Shown here: piece after piece, positions 47,855 to 60,497 of the stretch
How positions within the stretch are numbered: position 1 is the stretch's first letter
How the letters are laid out: the number at the start of each line of letters is the position of its first letter
Assembly: GCA_964016885.1 (NCBI GenBank)
Contig: OZ024744.1
Span: 64,976,001-65,040,000 of the forward strand
DNA: 64,000 bases
Direction: 5' to 3'
Source: Eledone cirrhosa
Lineage: Eukaryota
Position numbers and translations under genes: made by a program
The notes under the pieces: generated by a model
Databases searched by the model: none
Told to the model about the DNA's origin: nothing
Seen by the model: the letters and a program-made list of their open reading frames with translations, nothing else

Positions 47855-48800
47855 TTGTGTGGTGGTGTAGTGTGGTAGTGTAGTGTGGTGGTGTAGTGTG
47901 GTAGTGTAGTGTGGTGGTATAGTGTGGTGGTGTAGTGTGGTAGTGTAGTGTGGTAGTGTAGTGTGGTGGTGTAGTGTGGTAGTGTAGTGTGGTAGTGTAG
48001 TGTGGTAGTGTAGTGTGGTGGTGTAGTGTGGTAGTGTAGTGTGGTAGTGTAGTGTGGTGATGTAGTGTGGTGGTGTAGTGTGTTGGTGTAGTGTGGTGGT
48101 GTAGTGTGGTAGTGTAGTGTGGTAGTGTAGTGTGGTGGTGTAGTGTGGTGGTGTAGTGTGGTAGTGTTGTGTGGTAGTGTAGTGTGCTAGTGATAACATG
48201 TGTGGTGGTGTAGTGTGGTAGTGTTGTGTGGTGGTGTAGTGTGGTGTTGTAGTGTGGTAGTGTAGTGTGGTAGTGCAGTGTGTTGGTGTAGTGTGTTGGT
48301 GTAGTGTGGTAGTGTAGTCTGTGGTGTAGTGTGGTAGTGTAGTGTGGTGGTGTAGTCTGGTGGTGTAGTGTGGTGGTGCAGTGTGGTAGTGTAGTGTGGT
48401 GGTGTAGTGTGGCAGTGTAATGTGGTGGTGTAGTGTGGTGGTGTAGTGTAGTAGTGTAGTGTGGTGGTGGAGTGTGGTGGTGTAGTGTGGTAGTGTAGTG
48501 TGGTAGTGCAGTGTGGTGGTGTAGTGTAGTAGTGTAGTGTGGTGGTGGAGTGTGGTAGTGATGTCATGTTGTGTGGTAGTGTTGACATATTGTGGTGGTG
48601 TAGTGTGGTAGTGTAGTGTGGTGGTCTAGTGTGGTGTAGTAGTGTAGTAGTGTAGTGTGGTAGTGTAGTGTGGTAGTGTAGTGTGGTGGTGTAGTGTGTT
48701 GGTTTAGTGTGGTGGTGTAGTGTGGTGGTGTAGTGTGGTAGTGTAATGTGGTGGTGTAGTGTGGTAGGGTGATGATATGTTGTGTGGTTTAGTGTGGTAG
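47855..48800. repeat. 13-bp G/T minisatellite (GTAGTGTGGTRGT)n
   Basis: Direct periodicity of 13, degenerating towards 48800. Confidence 0.95.
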
Positions 48801-48859
48801 TGAGGATATGATATGGTTGTGTAACGTGGTAGTGATAGATCTTTAACAAGAAGAATGGT

Positions 48860-48904
<45 letters not shown>

Positions 48905-49373
48905 TAACGCAATTCATACTTAAATACTCCTTGGTCTTAGCAGTATTATATAGATGCAGTAGTCCTATTATAATTACCAGTTTAAGAGAGTTATAGAAGT
49001 AGTAATGGCGCCATGAGTAACCAGTTTGGTAGAAAGATATGATAGGAATATCGACAACGACCTTAGCATGCTTTTATGTTATTTATTAACAAAGGTTGAG
49101 TGGAGCTGGCATGCCAAACAAATGAAACAAACGAATTAAGATTTCAGAAGGCACGGTCTACTGGCTGAAGTGTTGCCAGGCCGTGGTTAAATTGTTGTGT
49201 TACATATTGGCTAGTGGTTCCACGGCGAAAGAAAAGTAGTTGTTTACCTTAGCGCTGTCGAGCTGCAAGAGAGATTTTTTTGAGCTGACGCGGGAATTTT
49301 TCCTGAGGGCGTGTGTTGAGATACATTCTCCTCCACTGGCGGTCATTGGCTGGGCTGAGCCAAATAACGCACG

Positions 49374-49562
49374 GTGGGTGAGAGAGGTCCGAAGGGGACC
49401 TCTCTCACCCACTTTGGAGTGGGTGAGAGATGTCTTCTCTTGTGGAAATGGGTAAAGCTTTCATTACGTAAAATCTACTCATTTTGCCTCATTTCTCCTC
49501 GTCTGGTGGAACATTTTGTTATAGTATCCCAGTTTGGGTTTTTAGAGGTTGGCAGGGGTCTG
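49374..49562. mobile_element. MITE family M copy with a locally duplicated hairpin
   Basis: GTGGGTGAGAGATGTCTTCTCTTGTGGAAATGGGTAAAGCTTTCATTACGTAAAATCT..GGGTTTTTAGAGGTTGGCAGGGGTCTG matches 22368-22716 minus the SINE. Confidence 0.8.
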
Positions 49563-50362
49563 CAGAGATGACATATTGTAAGGTTGTGTAGTGTGTTAGT
49601 GAGGAAATGTGTAGTGTAGAAGGCAAGACATTATATGTGGTGTAGTATAAACTTTGTAGGTTGGTCTAGCGTAGTAGTTTAATAATGTTTAATCATATTT
49701 TATTAAGTGTTATACAAAAGTACAACACAACAACGCACGTCTGCAATAGCTGAATTGTGTAGTAGAATATATTCCGCGACAATACTATATACTATACACT
49801 ATTGGTATCAAATTTACTATAAATAGTTTCTCAAAGAATGTTCACTGTAATGGGAATCAAACATATCATTGCATTATGAGGATTAGGTTTTATGTCACTA
49901 CTCATACATACTTTCTTTAACTATGAACCACTCGTCATACAGATCTGGAGTCATCCAACCATGTTTTGTTGCGTGTGGTGTCATGTCTCTTTTCATCACT
50001 CGTATCAACAACAAAGGAACTAAAAACTTTCTCTCTCACTCACTCACTGAACTGTACAACGGCTGTCTCACTAACAATAACATAGATTTAGGTCATGGAC
50101 TAATGCGAGAGAGAGCAAGAGAGAGAGAGAGGATGGGTAGATATACTTCACTCATGAGAAACTTTCAAGCCTTTGACTTACTGACATATTCCGAGCGTTC
50201 TCCCCCCCTCCCACACACACCTACAGAAATTGATGTCTAACAAATACAATACTAAAATATTTCTTTAAAAAAGGATACAGCCTGATTATATATGAGGTCA
50301 GAATATGATTGGTACTTTATTTTATTGCCTCTCGAAGGATGAAAAGTATTTTTTTTTTTAGT

Positions 50363-50558
50363 CAGACCTATCAACTCTCCTCGACTGACTGGGAGATCTC
50401 CCAACCACTTTCCGGGTGGGTGAGAGATGTCTTCTCTTGTGAAAATGGGTATAGCGCTCATTATGTAAAATCTCATCATTTTGCCTTATTTCTCCCCGTT
50501 TTGGGACACTTTTTTTCATGATACTTCCCTTTTGGGTTTTTAGAGGCTGGCAGGTCTG
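50363..50558. mobile_element. MITE family M copy (empty at the SINE site)
   Basis: CAGACCTATCAAC..GCTGGCAGGTCTG termini and a single CATTATGTAAAATCTCATC site. Confidence 0.8.
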
Positions 50559-50842
50559 GTTCAATCAAATTGCATAGCATCCTAGTCAAATATCGGCTGC
50601 GATAGCCGTGGTTTTATCAATACTTTGTGAGTAAAGTTTGATACACAGAAACTGAAGCTGGATACCATCTGTTAAACTGACAAAAAAAAAAAAAAAATAG
50701 AACTTTACGTGTGATAGATAAACAGTAAAAATTACCAGAAGAGACAAACTCGTGAAGTGATAGCCCGAGATTATTTTGATGTCTCATTGACTAAATGCGT
50801 TTGCAGTCTTTGGTCAACTATGTGTGTTTCATTTGTGTAGAT

Positions 50843-51622
50843 CAGCGTTTCTCAACCGGGGTTCCCCGGAACCCTAAGGTTCCGCAAAAGGTCCCTAAGG
50901 GTTCCACGAGAACAAGTGAGATAAGTTAATGCACTTTTGACTTTTTATTTAATTTCATATACGTAATATTACCAAACACGCACAATATATTCTTGGTTAT
51001 TGTAATATTGTAATATAGACATCATCCTATCTAACCTATTATGTTATTAAAAAATTTAACAATCATTGGGAATATATTTAGTGATGTCTGTACGGCGCCA
51101 GTGTGAAACCGCATTCACTATCATAGTCAGTGCTACTCAGCGGACTGGACCTGTATCAAATGACTCATTCAGTACAAGACGCATGCATAATCTACATCAG
51201 TCATCTCTGTGGTTCCTGGCGTACAGGTACAGTCCCTCATTCGCCCACAATATTCAGTAAATTTCTTTTCCAGCATTCAGGGATATTTTATGAATTGTAA
51301 AAATTTAAGCACGCTTTTTTATTGCATTTTATTGCATTTTTACAGAAACACCTAATCACCCAATGTGGCGATTTTTGAAGAGGAAACGTTCCGAAAATTC
51401 TGATGGATTTTATTTAGCATTACCGAAAAATTAGACAAAGAAGTATTAATTTTTCCTTAAACCAGTTATTCAAAAATATATACTATGATATTTACCACGT
51501 GAACTACGATGAAAATAAAATGAGAAAGATATGGTATATAATTTTGTTTTTGCGCATGGGTTCCTTGAGACATGTAATTTATTTTAAGGGTTACGCAAGG
51601 GTAAAAAGGTTGAGAAACGCTG
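50843..51622. mobile_element. Non-autonomous hAT (Charlie-like) DNA transposon, 780 bp
   Basis: Perfect 15-bp TIRs CAGCGTTTCTCAACC / GGTTGAGAAACGCTG and perfect 8-bp TSD GTGTAGAT (50835-50842, 51623-51630). Confidence 0.95.
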
Positions 51623-51723
51623 GTGTAGATGATGGCTATATTATTATCACGATAGTAGCTTAATGTTGTTTAGCTATATGACAACCCTGATCAAGCAGAC
51701 ACATTTGGATATATATTCAATAT

Positions 51724-51835
51724 ATCATCATCATCATCGTTTAACGTCCATCTTCCACGCTAGCATGGGTTAGACGGTTTTGTTCCACTTGAGGTGGGAT
51801 TGGTCGGGAAGCCGTCTCGCTTGAACAGAACTGTG
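51724..51835 (-). mobile_element. RTE 3' terminal fragment with (GAT)n tail
   Basis: (CAT)n CGTTTAACGTCCATCTTCCACGCTAGCATGGGTTAGACG..CCACTTGAGG matches 45899-45980. Confidence 0.8.
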
Positions 51836-51836
51836 T

Positions 51837-51869
<33 letters not shown>

Positions 51870-51882
51870 CACACACAGATAT

Positions 51883-52073
51883 ATAATTGTTTCTACTTTT
51901 GGCACAAGGCCAGCAATTATCCCAGTGCATTACTGGTACTTTATTTTATCGACCCCGTAAGGATGAAAGGCAAAGTTAACCTCAGCGGGATTTGAACTCA
52001 TAATGGCAAGGGCCGTAACTCTATGCATCAAAGCATGGCGTCCGACCCTCTACCGATACTGCCAATCCACCAC
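51883..52073 (-). mobile_element. SINE family A, full length
   Basis: Near-identical reverse complement of 22430-22620. Confidence 0.92.
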
Positions 52074-52422
52074 CCTTCCACACAGCCAATTCATTACCAA
52101 TCCACCACCCTTCCACACACTACCAATCCACACACAGATATATAATATAAGTTGTTTCTGGTAGTGTCTTTCCAGCATGCCTTAGAATTCAGGAATAAAA
52201 TACCGAGATGGAAAGATTACCTTTTAAATCATTTTAAATTCCTTATACATGTTTCAAGAGAGTTGTACATCAAATTATTTGAATAATGTTAGATGAAAAT
52301 TCGTATAATCAAAACCTATAAATACCAAATGATGTATAAGTATTTGCAATTCTCCATTTTCAGATGATTAAAAAAAAAACGTATTAAATTTGCTATATAT
52401 TTATAATATAGTATATATATAT

Positions 52423-52580
52423 AGGGAGCCCCTACATGGACACACTAGAAAAGGAAGACCAAGGTTAACGTATGTTGATGTCCTAAGGACAGACACTGGT
52501 CTGTTGGAGACGCAGGACATGGCAGCGATAATGAGGGACAGAGACCGCTGGAGAGAACTCGTCCACGGATCTCGGGAATT
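52423..52580 (+). mobile_element. RTE LINE 3' fragment embedded in (TA)n
   Basis: EPLHGHTRKGRPRLTYVDVLRTDTG..MRDRDRWRELV is a typical RTE C-terminus. Confidence 0.85.
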
Positions 52581-52587
52581 TTACACG

Positions 52588-52632
<45 letters not shown>

Positions 52633-52749
52633 ATGGTTGCAATTTTATGCACCCGTAAGCGGTATGCCGTTCGAGCACTCGATGATCATGCAGAGCAGAG
52701 TATATTATAGATAACGAGGAATCAGTGATGCATCAAAACACAATCTATT

Positions 52750-52843
52750 AACATATTACATATGTTTCTCCGATGATCAGCTCAAGGCAGGATCTGTTAC
52801 AGAACGAACCTGACTCTCCATTCACAAGTTCCTCAGATATGTT
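52750..52843 (-). ncRNA. Hammerhead ribozyme motif with expanded stem II region
   Basis: Minus strand: AACAUAU-CUGAGGA-(61 nt)-GAAA-CAUAUG-U-A-AUAUGUU. Stem I is 7 bp and perfect, stem III is the palindrome ACAUAUGU and the triplet is GUA. Confidence 0.65.
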
Positions 52844-53137
52844 TTGCGTTTTCAAAGCATTCCATCCGATTCCATCCGTTCCAGCGTCTGCAACTAACAT
52901 CATCCTGTTAATACGGCCTTTTCATTGGTTCAGTATTTCAAGCGTCACCGCTCTCCTTTGACCACTCAAATTCATCCAACTGGCTGCAGTCATTCACACG
53001 TAACCTGTCAATCACCCAAAGATGGTCACCAGATTACTACTATGTCATTGCAGGCGTATGAATATGTCTACACGTACACAACTACACACCCATGCTAGTG
53101 TGGAACAATGGATGTAAAACAGTGATGATGATGATGA

Positions 53138-53184
<47 letters not shown>

Positions 53185-53655
53185 CATATATACAAATACA
53201 CACACACATACGTACACACACACATATATGTGCACACCCATATATATATATATATATATATATATGTGCATATTCACACATATGCATACACATACAAATA
53301 TATATATACATACATATATATATACATATACACACACACACATATATACATAAGACTACATAGACACACGCACATATATGTGCACACCCATATATATATA
53401 TATATATATGTGCATATACACATATGCATACACATACATATATATATAGATATACACACACACACATAGATACATAAGCCTACATAGACACACGCACATA
53501 GACACATACATATACACGCATGTACAAACACACATATATGTATACCCCAGACAATGATGAGCCTAACTGCAAGACATAAAGCTACACGGATAACAATAAT
53601 ATAGTTAGAGACAGACACAACAACCAGCATGAAATAGTAAGACTAGGAAAATAGA

Positions 53656-53844
53656 TAATTGTTTCTACTTTTGGCACAAGGCCAGCAATTATCCAGTGTA
53701 TTACTGGTACTTTATTTTATCGACCCCATAAGGATGAAAGGCAAAGTTAACCTTGGCGGGATTTGAACTCAGAATGGCAAGGGCCGTAACTCTATGCGTC
53801 AAAGCATGGCGTCCGACCCTCTACCGATACTGCCAATCCACCGC
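53656..53844 (-). mobile_element. SINE family A, full length
   Basis: 18-bp TSD ACTAGGAAAATAGATAAT at 53642-53659 and 53845-53862. Confidence 0.93.
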
Positions 53845-54063
53845 ACTAGGAAAATAGATAATGGCAGGGATATCAACATGACTGTCAGACGGATTCTGAC
53901 GCAGGGGGACTCTGGGGTACATAGCATACGATTACAGAACCTTCACACCAGCACATCCCGTGGTGGGATAATTAGCGATAGCAATAGAGTAAAGATAGTA
54001 CTAGAGCACAGATCGAACTTTGAGCTGATCAGTGGCGAAACGCGCGTCACCAACCAATAAACA

Positions 54064-54247
54064 TAATTGTTTCTACTTTAGGCACAAGGCCAGCAATTAC
54101 CCAGTGCATTACTGGTACTTTATTTTATCGACCCCGTAAGGATGAAAGGCAAAGTCAACCTCGGCGGGATTTGAACTCAGATCATAAAGGGACGTAACTA
54201 TGCTGGAAAGCATGGCGTCCGACCCTCTACTGATACTGCCAATCCAC
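54064..54247 (-). mobile_element. SINE family A (second subfamily)
   Basis: 9-bp TSD AAACATAAT at 54059-54067 and 54248-54256. Head variant matches the 33998 copy. Confidence 0.9.
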
Positions 54248-54403
54248 AAACATAATGAAGGAGTAACCAATCGCCCTTGTTTTATTTTATTATAATATTT
54301 TATTATAATACACTCTGTCTAGCTCTACACCTCGACACTGAAGTGAATCTAAACATTGAGTGCTCACCCGGGTGACCCACAGTAACTTCCCGTTACACTC
54401 CCT

Positions 54404-55282
<879 letters not shown>

Positions 55283-55294
55283 ATATATATATAT

Positions 55295-55730
55295 TATGCA
55301 AATTAGGCTGCTCAGCCGTTAATATGCATAGGGAAGGTATATACTTTCAGACGTTCAATCATCTGGCAGGAGGGTATACGATGCAGACGATAGCTGGTAG
55401 GCTTGAGGCTGGTGCATCGTGACTGTGCCGGTGTTGGGCAGAGGGGCGACGATGGTTGCCTGAGCACTGTACGGCGTGATTCGGGCTGTTTGTTTGTTTA
55501 CAAACATTTATTATAATGTTCGGTTTGTTTACAAACAAACAAACCGAACATTATAATAAATGTTCGGTAAACCCATACGTACATATATATATATGTGTGC
55601 ATGTATGTATATATATATACATACTACTGTACGTCTGTATACATATATGTATGTGCGTATACATACATACTTACATTTAAGTATCAGCCGTACTAAGAGT
55701 GAGAAATGGGGTTTCATTTCATTCTTTTCC

Positions 55731-55735
<5 letters not shown>
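55295..55735. mobile_element. Repeat family X (Penelope-type terminal repeat); other pieces at 56915-57072 and 60505-60795
   Basis: TTTAAGTATCAGCCGTACTAAGAGTGAGAAATG occurs at all three loci. Internal inversions are present (55503-55564 palindrome; 60505-60635 inverted relative to 55414-55582). Confidence 0.65.
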
Positions 55736-55804
<69 letters not shown>

Positions 55805-56082
55805 AAATATATATACATATATATCAAATTATAATATAGAGTTATAAACTCGCTATTATCCCCAATAATCAAGGGAGTTCAAGGAAGAGAGACCAAGCTC
55901 TTTATAAATCATAGCAATGAGAGAAAGGCACATCATAAATTATGTCAGATAATACGGGATAAAATACCACCTTGGTAAAGCAAAAAAAAACTACGGATGC
56001 AGCAGTAAATACAAATTAAAAAAAGAATAATCAAAATATACGGACACCCATTATAACGATATATACCCAGATATAAGATGTA

Positions 56083-56846
56083 TCTGTATATATAACGATG
56101 AAGTTTTCTGTATGTGTGTGTATGTGTGTGTGGACAACTTTTAATGAGGGCTCATATATTCTAAACCATTCATGCGATTTCTTTGAAATTTTTTACATAG
56201 CTTCTCCTTGCACAAAACCTGTACATGATCTACAAAGGCTTTCAAAAATCGATATTGGGACCTTTGGAGACATTAAAAAATTTCTGTTATTTGAGTGAAT
56301 TTTTGTGATTAAGTAAGACAAGAGTTATCTTTAAGTAAGACAAGAGTTATCTTTCGTAATTCGGCTCATTCGGATTTTAATTTACTCTTTGTACTTGAAA
56401 CAAAAGGTACGCTTCCTTGAGACTAACAATATCATTTTGTATATTTCACAACCAACAATTTCTAACAGATTACTAAGTTAAGTTATAGATTTGACATTGT
56501 ATAATTTATCGTTTCAAGCTTGATGTTCATACATTAAGTGATGTCATAACTTTAACAATATTATGTTTTGTACATAATAGTGTCTATTATTCACTTCACT
56601 TCTCTATTTCATGATGCGCTTTTACTGTTGTAAAAAAAAATTATACCTAGACTGGATTTCTGTTGTTACATTGTATAACGGATGACACCGAGCTCACATA
56701 TTAATTATTTCGCTGGAATAGTGCCTAAGGTTTTCATGTTTACATAAAGTACGTTTTTCTTCTATGTATTCAAATTTACTTTGTTTAGTTTAATGAGCTA
56801 CATCGAAAGCTACTTGAACCGTCCAAAGGACGAGTAGTTTAGCTAG
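56083..56846 (+). mobile_element. Non-autonomous Helitron
   Basis: A^TC 5' end (TCTGTATATATAACGATGAAG plus TG microsatellite), 3' hairpin CGTCC-AAA-GGACG (56820-56832) 10 nt before CTAG^T (56843-56847), no TSD. Confidence 0.75.
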
Positions 56847-56869
56847 TTATATATATATATTGACATAAG

Positions 56870-56923
<54 letters not shown>

Positions 56924-57072
56924 CGTATGTACGTATACATACTTATATTTAAGTATCAGCCGTACTAAGAGTGAGAAATGAAATTTTCATTTTTTCCATT
57001 TATCGTTATCGGTACGCCCGGTCGACTAACTCACTCGATATGCAAATTAGCCGTTAATAATCATAAGGAAAG

Positions 57073-57349
57073 TGTGGGTATGGCGTGGTGTGCGGTGGCC
57101 GGAAGCTGGGGAGTGCTCGACCGGAAGAGTGCTTGACCGGAAGGGTGCTTGGCCGGAAGGGTGCTCGGCCGGAAGGGCCAGCAGGTCGGCCTCTCTCTAG
57201 TAGCGGTGATCAGGAACGTGGTGGACGCGAGTTTGGCAGATCCCGGTGTTAATGAGTTGGATCGTACGCACGTGGAAGAAGAGAAACCAGCCATGGGATT
57301 TAGCGGCGCCTATGAAAAGCGGTAAGTGAGATAGATTTTTCTAACTACA
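57073..57349 (+). repeat. Putative 5' LTR of the Gypsy-like element, containing 16-bp CCGGAAG tandem repeats
   Basis: TGTGGGTA..TAACTACA ends and an abrupt GC shift at 57073 where repeat X homology stops. No second LTR or clear PBS to confirm. Confidence 0.5.
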
Positions 57350-57474
57350 AGCTATTTCGGCACTGGAAACTGAGATCTGATAAAAAAAAACTTTCTCGAA
57401 AACAAAGCTACTGGAAAAACAGAGAGGAGTCTGTTGTTGTTTTTTTATTATTACGTACCGCAAGACAAATTAGG

Positions 57475-59890
57475 ATGGCGATGAGACTACGAACGAGCGA
57501 AGCGATTAGGGCATTTACCGGTGAAGGCGATGTTGTCGCTTGGCTGCGAAAAGTCAGGCTGGTCGCAAGCTTACAGAAGATAGAAGATGTGGCTGGCCTC
57601 ATGGCACTGTACCTCGAGGGGGACGCGTTGGTACTCTTCCTTGAAATGGATGAACACAGCCAAAGGAATGCGTAAAAGATCGAAAGGCGCATAATGGAAG
57701 CGTTCGCGGAGGAACCGTTAGCCGCTTTTGCTAAGCTGGCAAGAATTAGATGGAACGGTGAACGCGTTGACATTTTCGCAGCAGAAATACGGCGACTGGC
57801 CATGTTGGCTGGATATCAGGCGGAATGCGAACGCACGGTACGGTTGGCGTTCATAAATGGATTTCCAGACGACATAGCGGTGAAACTACAGCAATTCCCG
57901 GGTTACAAAGAAATGGAGATGCGTGCACTGGTGGATCAAGCGCGCATCATAGCAGAAGATGCCAAGAAGAGTGTCGCGGCGATAGCAACTACAGAGGCCC
58001 AAGACAGCTGGCAGCGAAAAGGTGAAAAGGAGGCCCGCGAACGTTTAGAGGTCGCTGTTTTAGGTGCCAGGGCCCGCACTTGGCGAGAGACTGTAGAGAG
58101 TCAAGGCCGGAAATAATATGCTACCGGTGTAAGCGATCAGGCCACATCGCTACTAACTGCGACCAGGGAAACGATCCAAGGGGAACTACTGCGCCGGTAG
58201 TTGCCCCTTACGAGTAGAGGCGCTGCCCGTGGTGGAAGTCTTCGTGAGGGGAAAGCCACAGCGAGCCCTCGTGGACACGAGCTGTACGACGACATTGGTG
58301 ACCGCGGGGGTGGCGCAGAGGTGGAGAGGGAAGAGTAGCGTAAGGGCAGTCGACGGTAGGAAAATTGAATGCTGAGGTCGCAGCGAGGTGGAGATGGCGG
58401 TACAGGGAAGGAAAATAAGGCTTTCTGCCATCGTAGTCGACAACGTGGTGGATGGGATCGGCGTGGTTATGGGCATGGACGCAATTGGCCGTCTAGGAGG
58501 CGTCACAGTGAACAACGTCGGTGTGTCGTTTGGCGGTGCCGCATCGGTATGCGCTGTGAGTACGCAACAAGAGAACCAGAAGCCCCAGGAGGAGAAATAC
58601 CCCGCTTACATTGTGCAGGACAAAGACTTCAAGGCCGTGTTCGATGGGCAGCGATGGGTTGTTGAGTAGTACTGGAAGGGAGAACCACCAACACTGAAGA
58701 CCAAAGTGGGCTGCTATCAACACACATTGAAGGGAGACATTAGGAGCGAGTTCGAGCGAGAGGTAGAGAGATGGATTGAGGAGGGCATACTGCTTCCCTG
58801 GAAAGAGGAGGTGAAGTGCGGAGTATTGCCGTTAATGGCGGTGGCGCAACCCACGAAGAACAAAGTGAGGCCGGTACTGGACTTTCGGGAGCTGAACGAG
58901 CACGTATCATGCCACACGGGTGGCGAGGTCACGGATGTCTGTAGGGAAACCCTGCGTGAGTGGAGACGCATGACGGGGGATTCCGCAATCGTAAATCTAA
59001 AGTCGGCATACTTGCAATTACACATAGATGAGAAGCTCTGGCAGTATCAGCTGGTCAGGTATAAAGGCCGGACATATTGCCTGACCAGGCTCGGTTTCGG
59101 GCTGAGTTCCGCACCGAAGATCATGGCGGCGGTCCTCAAGACCATTCTGGGAAAGGCCGACAAGATGAAGAGGGCCACTAATTCCTACATTGACGACATC
59201 CTAGTGGACGAGTCTGTAGTGTCGGCGGCGGAGGTCACGAGCCATTTACAGGGGTATGGACTGGCTGCGAAGCCGTCAGAAGCGTTGGAGGGAGGAGCCG
59301 CGCTGGGACTTAGGCTACGGCGAGACAGGACGGGCGTCTTAGTATTCCAGAGGGGAAATGAAGTTCCAGAACTGGGCCCAAGTACGAGTAGGCGGGAGCT
59401 TTTCTCGGTGTGTGGAAAGTTGGTGGGTCACTACCCGATTGCTGGGTGGCTCCGGACGGCATGCAGCTATGACAAGAGACGAGTGGGAGAGAGGACGGTG
59501 GCCATGATACATGAGATTGTGGAGAGGGTGAAGGCCGACGACCCAGTGTGGGACGCTGGTATGTTCCCAAATCGCAGAGCGGGACCGTATGGTGCGATGC
59601 CAGTAGCATAGCGCTGGGTGTCACGTTGGAGATAGGAGGGGCTGAGGTCGAGGATACAGCCTGGCTTAGGAAGAAGGACGACTACAACCACATCAATGTG
59701 ACCGAGCTGGACGCGGTGTTGTGAGGGGTGAACCTCGCCCTGAGGTGCGGATTGCACACCATCGAGATACGCACAGACTCGACTACTGTACTCGGATGGG
59801 TGAGATCAGTGCTCACCAGTGAGAACGAGAGGGGCGGCGGAAATGCTGATAAAGCGCCGCCTGGGAACTTTAGGAGAGCTGGCCACCGAG
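57475..59890 (+). pseudogene. Ty3/Gypsy-like gag-pol (gag, two zinc knuckles, protease, RT, RNase H), truncated before integrase
   Basis: Gag from ATG 57475 with a premature TAA at 57673. CFRCQGPHLARDC (58056) and CYRCKRSGHIATNC (58119). Protease ALVDTSC (58274). RT VRPVLDFRELN, LKSAYLQ, FGLSSAP, YIDD (59186). RNase H WCDAS..HINVTEL..TDS. Confidence 0.9.
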
Positions 59891-60497
59891 TTAAAAGCAT
59901 TTTGAAGACCGTAAGCTATTGTTTTAAAGTAGTGACAAATTCACTCACTTTGATCTCAGCAAACAGGGAAGATAAGCCGACATGACATGTTTCGCTTTTG
60001 TTGAAGCTTATCAAGGCCAACTACCCCGCCTGTCTACTGAGATCAATGATGTTATATTCTTATAGAAATCTAGTGAGATCAAAGTGAGTGAATTTGTCAC
60101 TACTTTAAAACAATAGCTTACGGTCTTCAAAATGCTTTTAATTAAGCATAAAGTGTATTGCAAAATACATTATATATACATCCATATATATATTGCTATT
60201 TCAGAGCTCCAATTCTAATTTTTAATTTCTGCCTGACCAACAACCGCTCTGCATAATCAGCTCCTGATTATTTACTAGATTTCTATAAGAATATAACATC
60301 ATTGATCTCAGTAGACAGGCGGGGTAGTTGGCCTTGATAAGCTTCAACAAAAGCGAAACATGTCATGTCGGCTTATCTCCCCTGTTTGCTGAGATCAAAG
60401 TGAGTGAATTTGTCACTACTTTAAAACAATAGCTTACGGTCTTCAAAATGCTTTTAATTAAGCATAAAGTGTATTGCAAAATACATTATATATACAT
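59891..60497. mobile_element. Penelope-type terminal repeat family Z: 184-bp inverted arms plus a partial direct copy
   Basis: 59891-60074 is the reverse complement of 60274-60457, and 60074-60181 repeats 60390-60497. Contains UUGAUAA-GCUU/AAGC-GAAACAUGUC. Confidence 0.8.

Noticed and set aside
47804-48912. ORFs of HHTTLPHYTTTL repeats (131 and 241 aa)
   Set aside because: These are translations of the 13-bp minisatellite, whose C/A/T strand rarely forms stops.
52245-52370. Possible hammerhead on the minus strand (CUGAAAA..GAAACAUGUA)
   Set aside because: The core is mismatched, there is no convincing stem I and the interval is very long.
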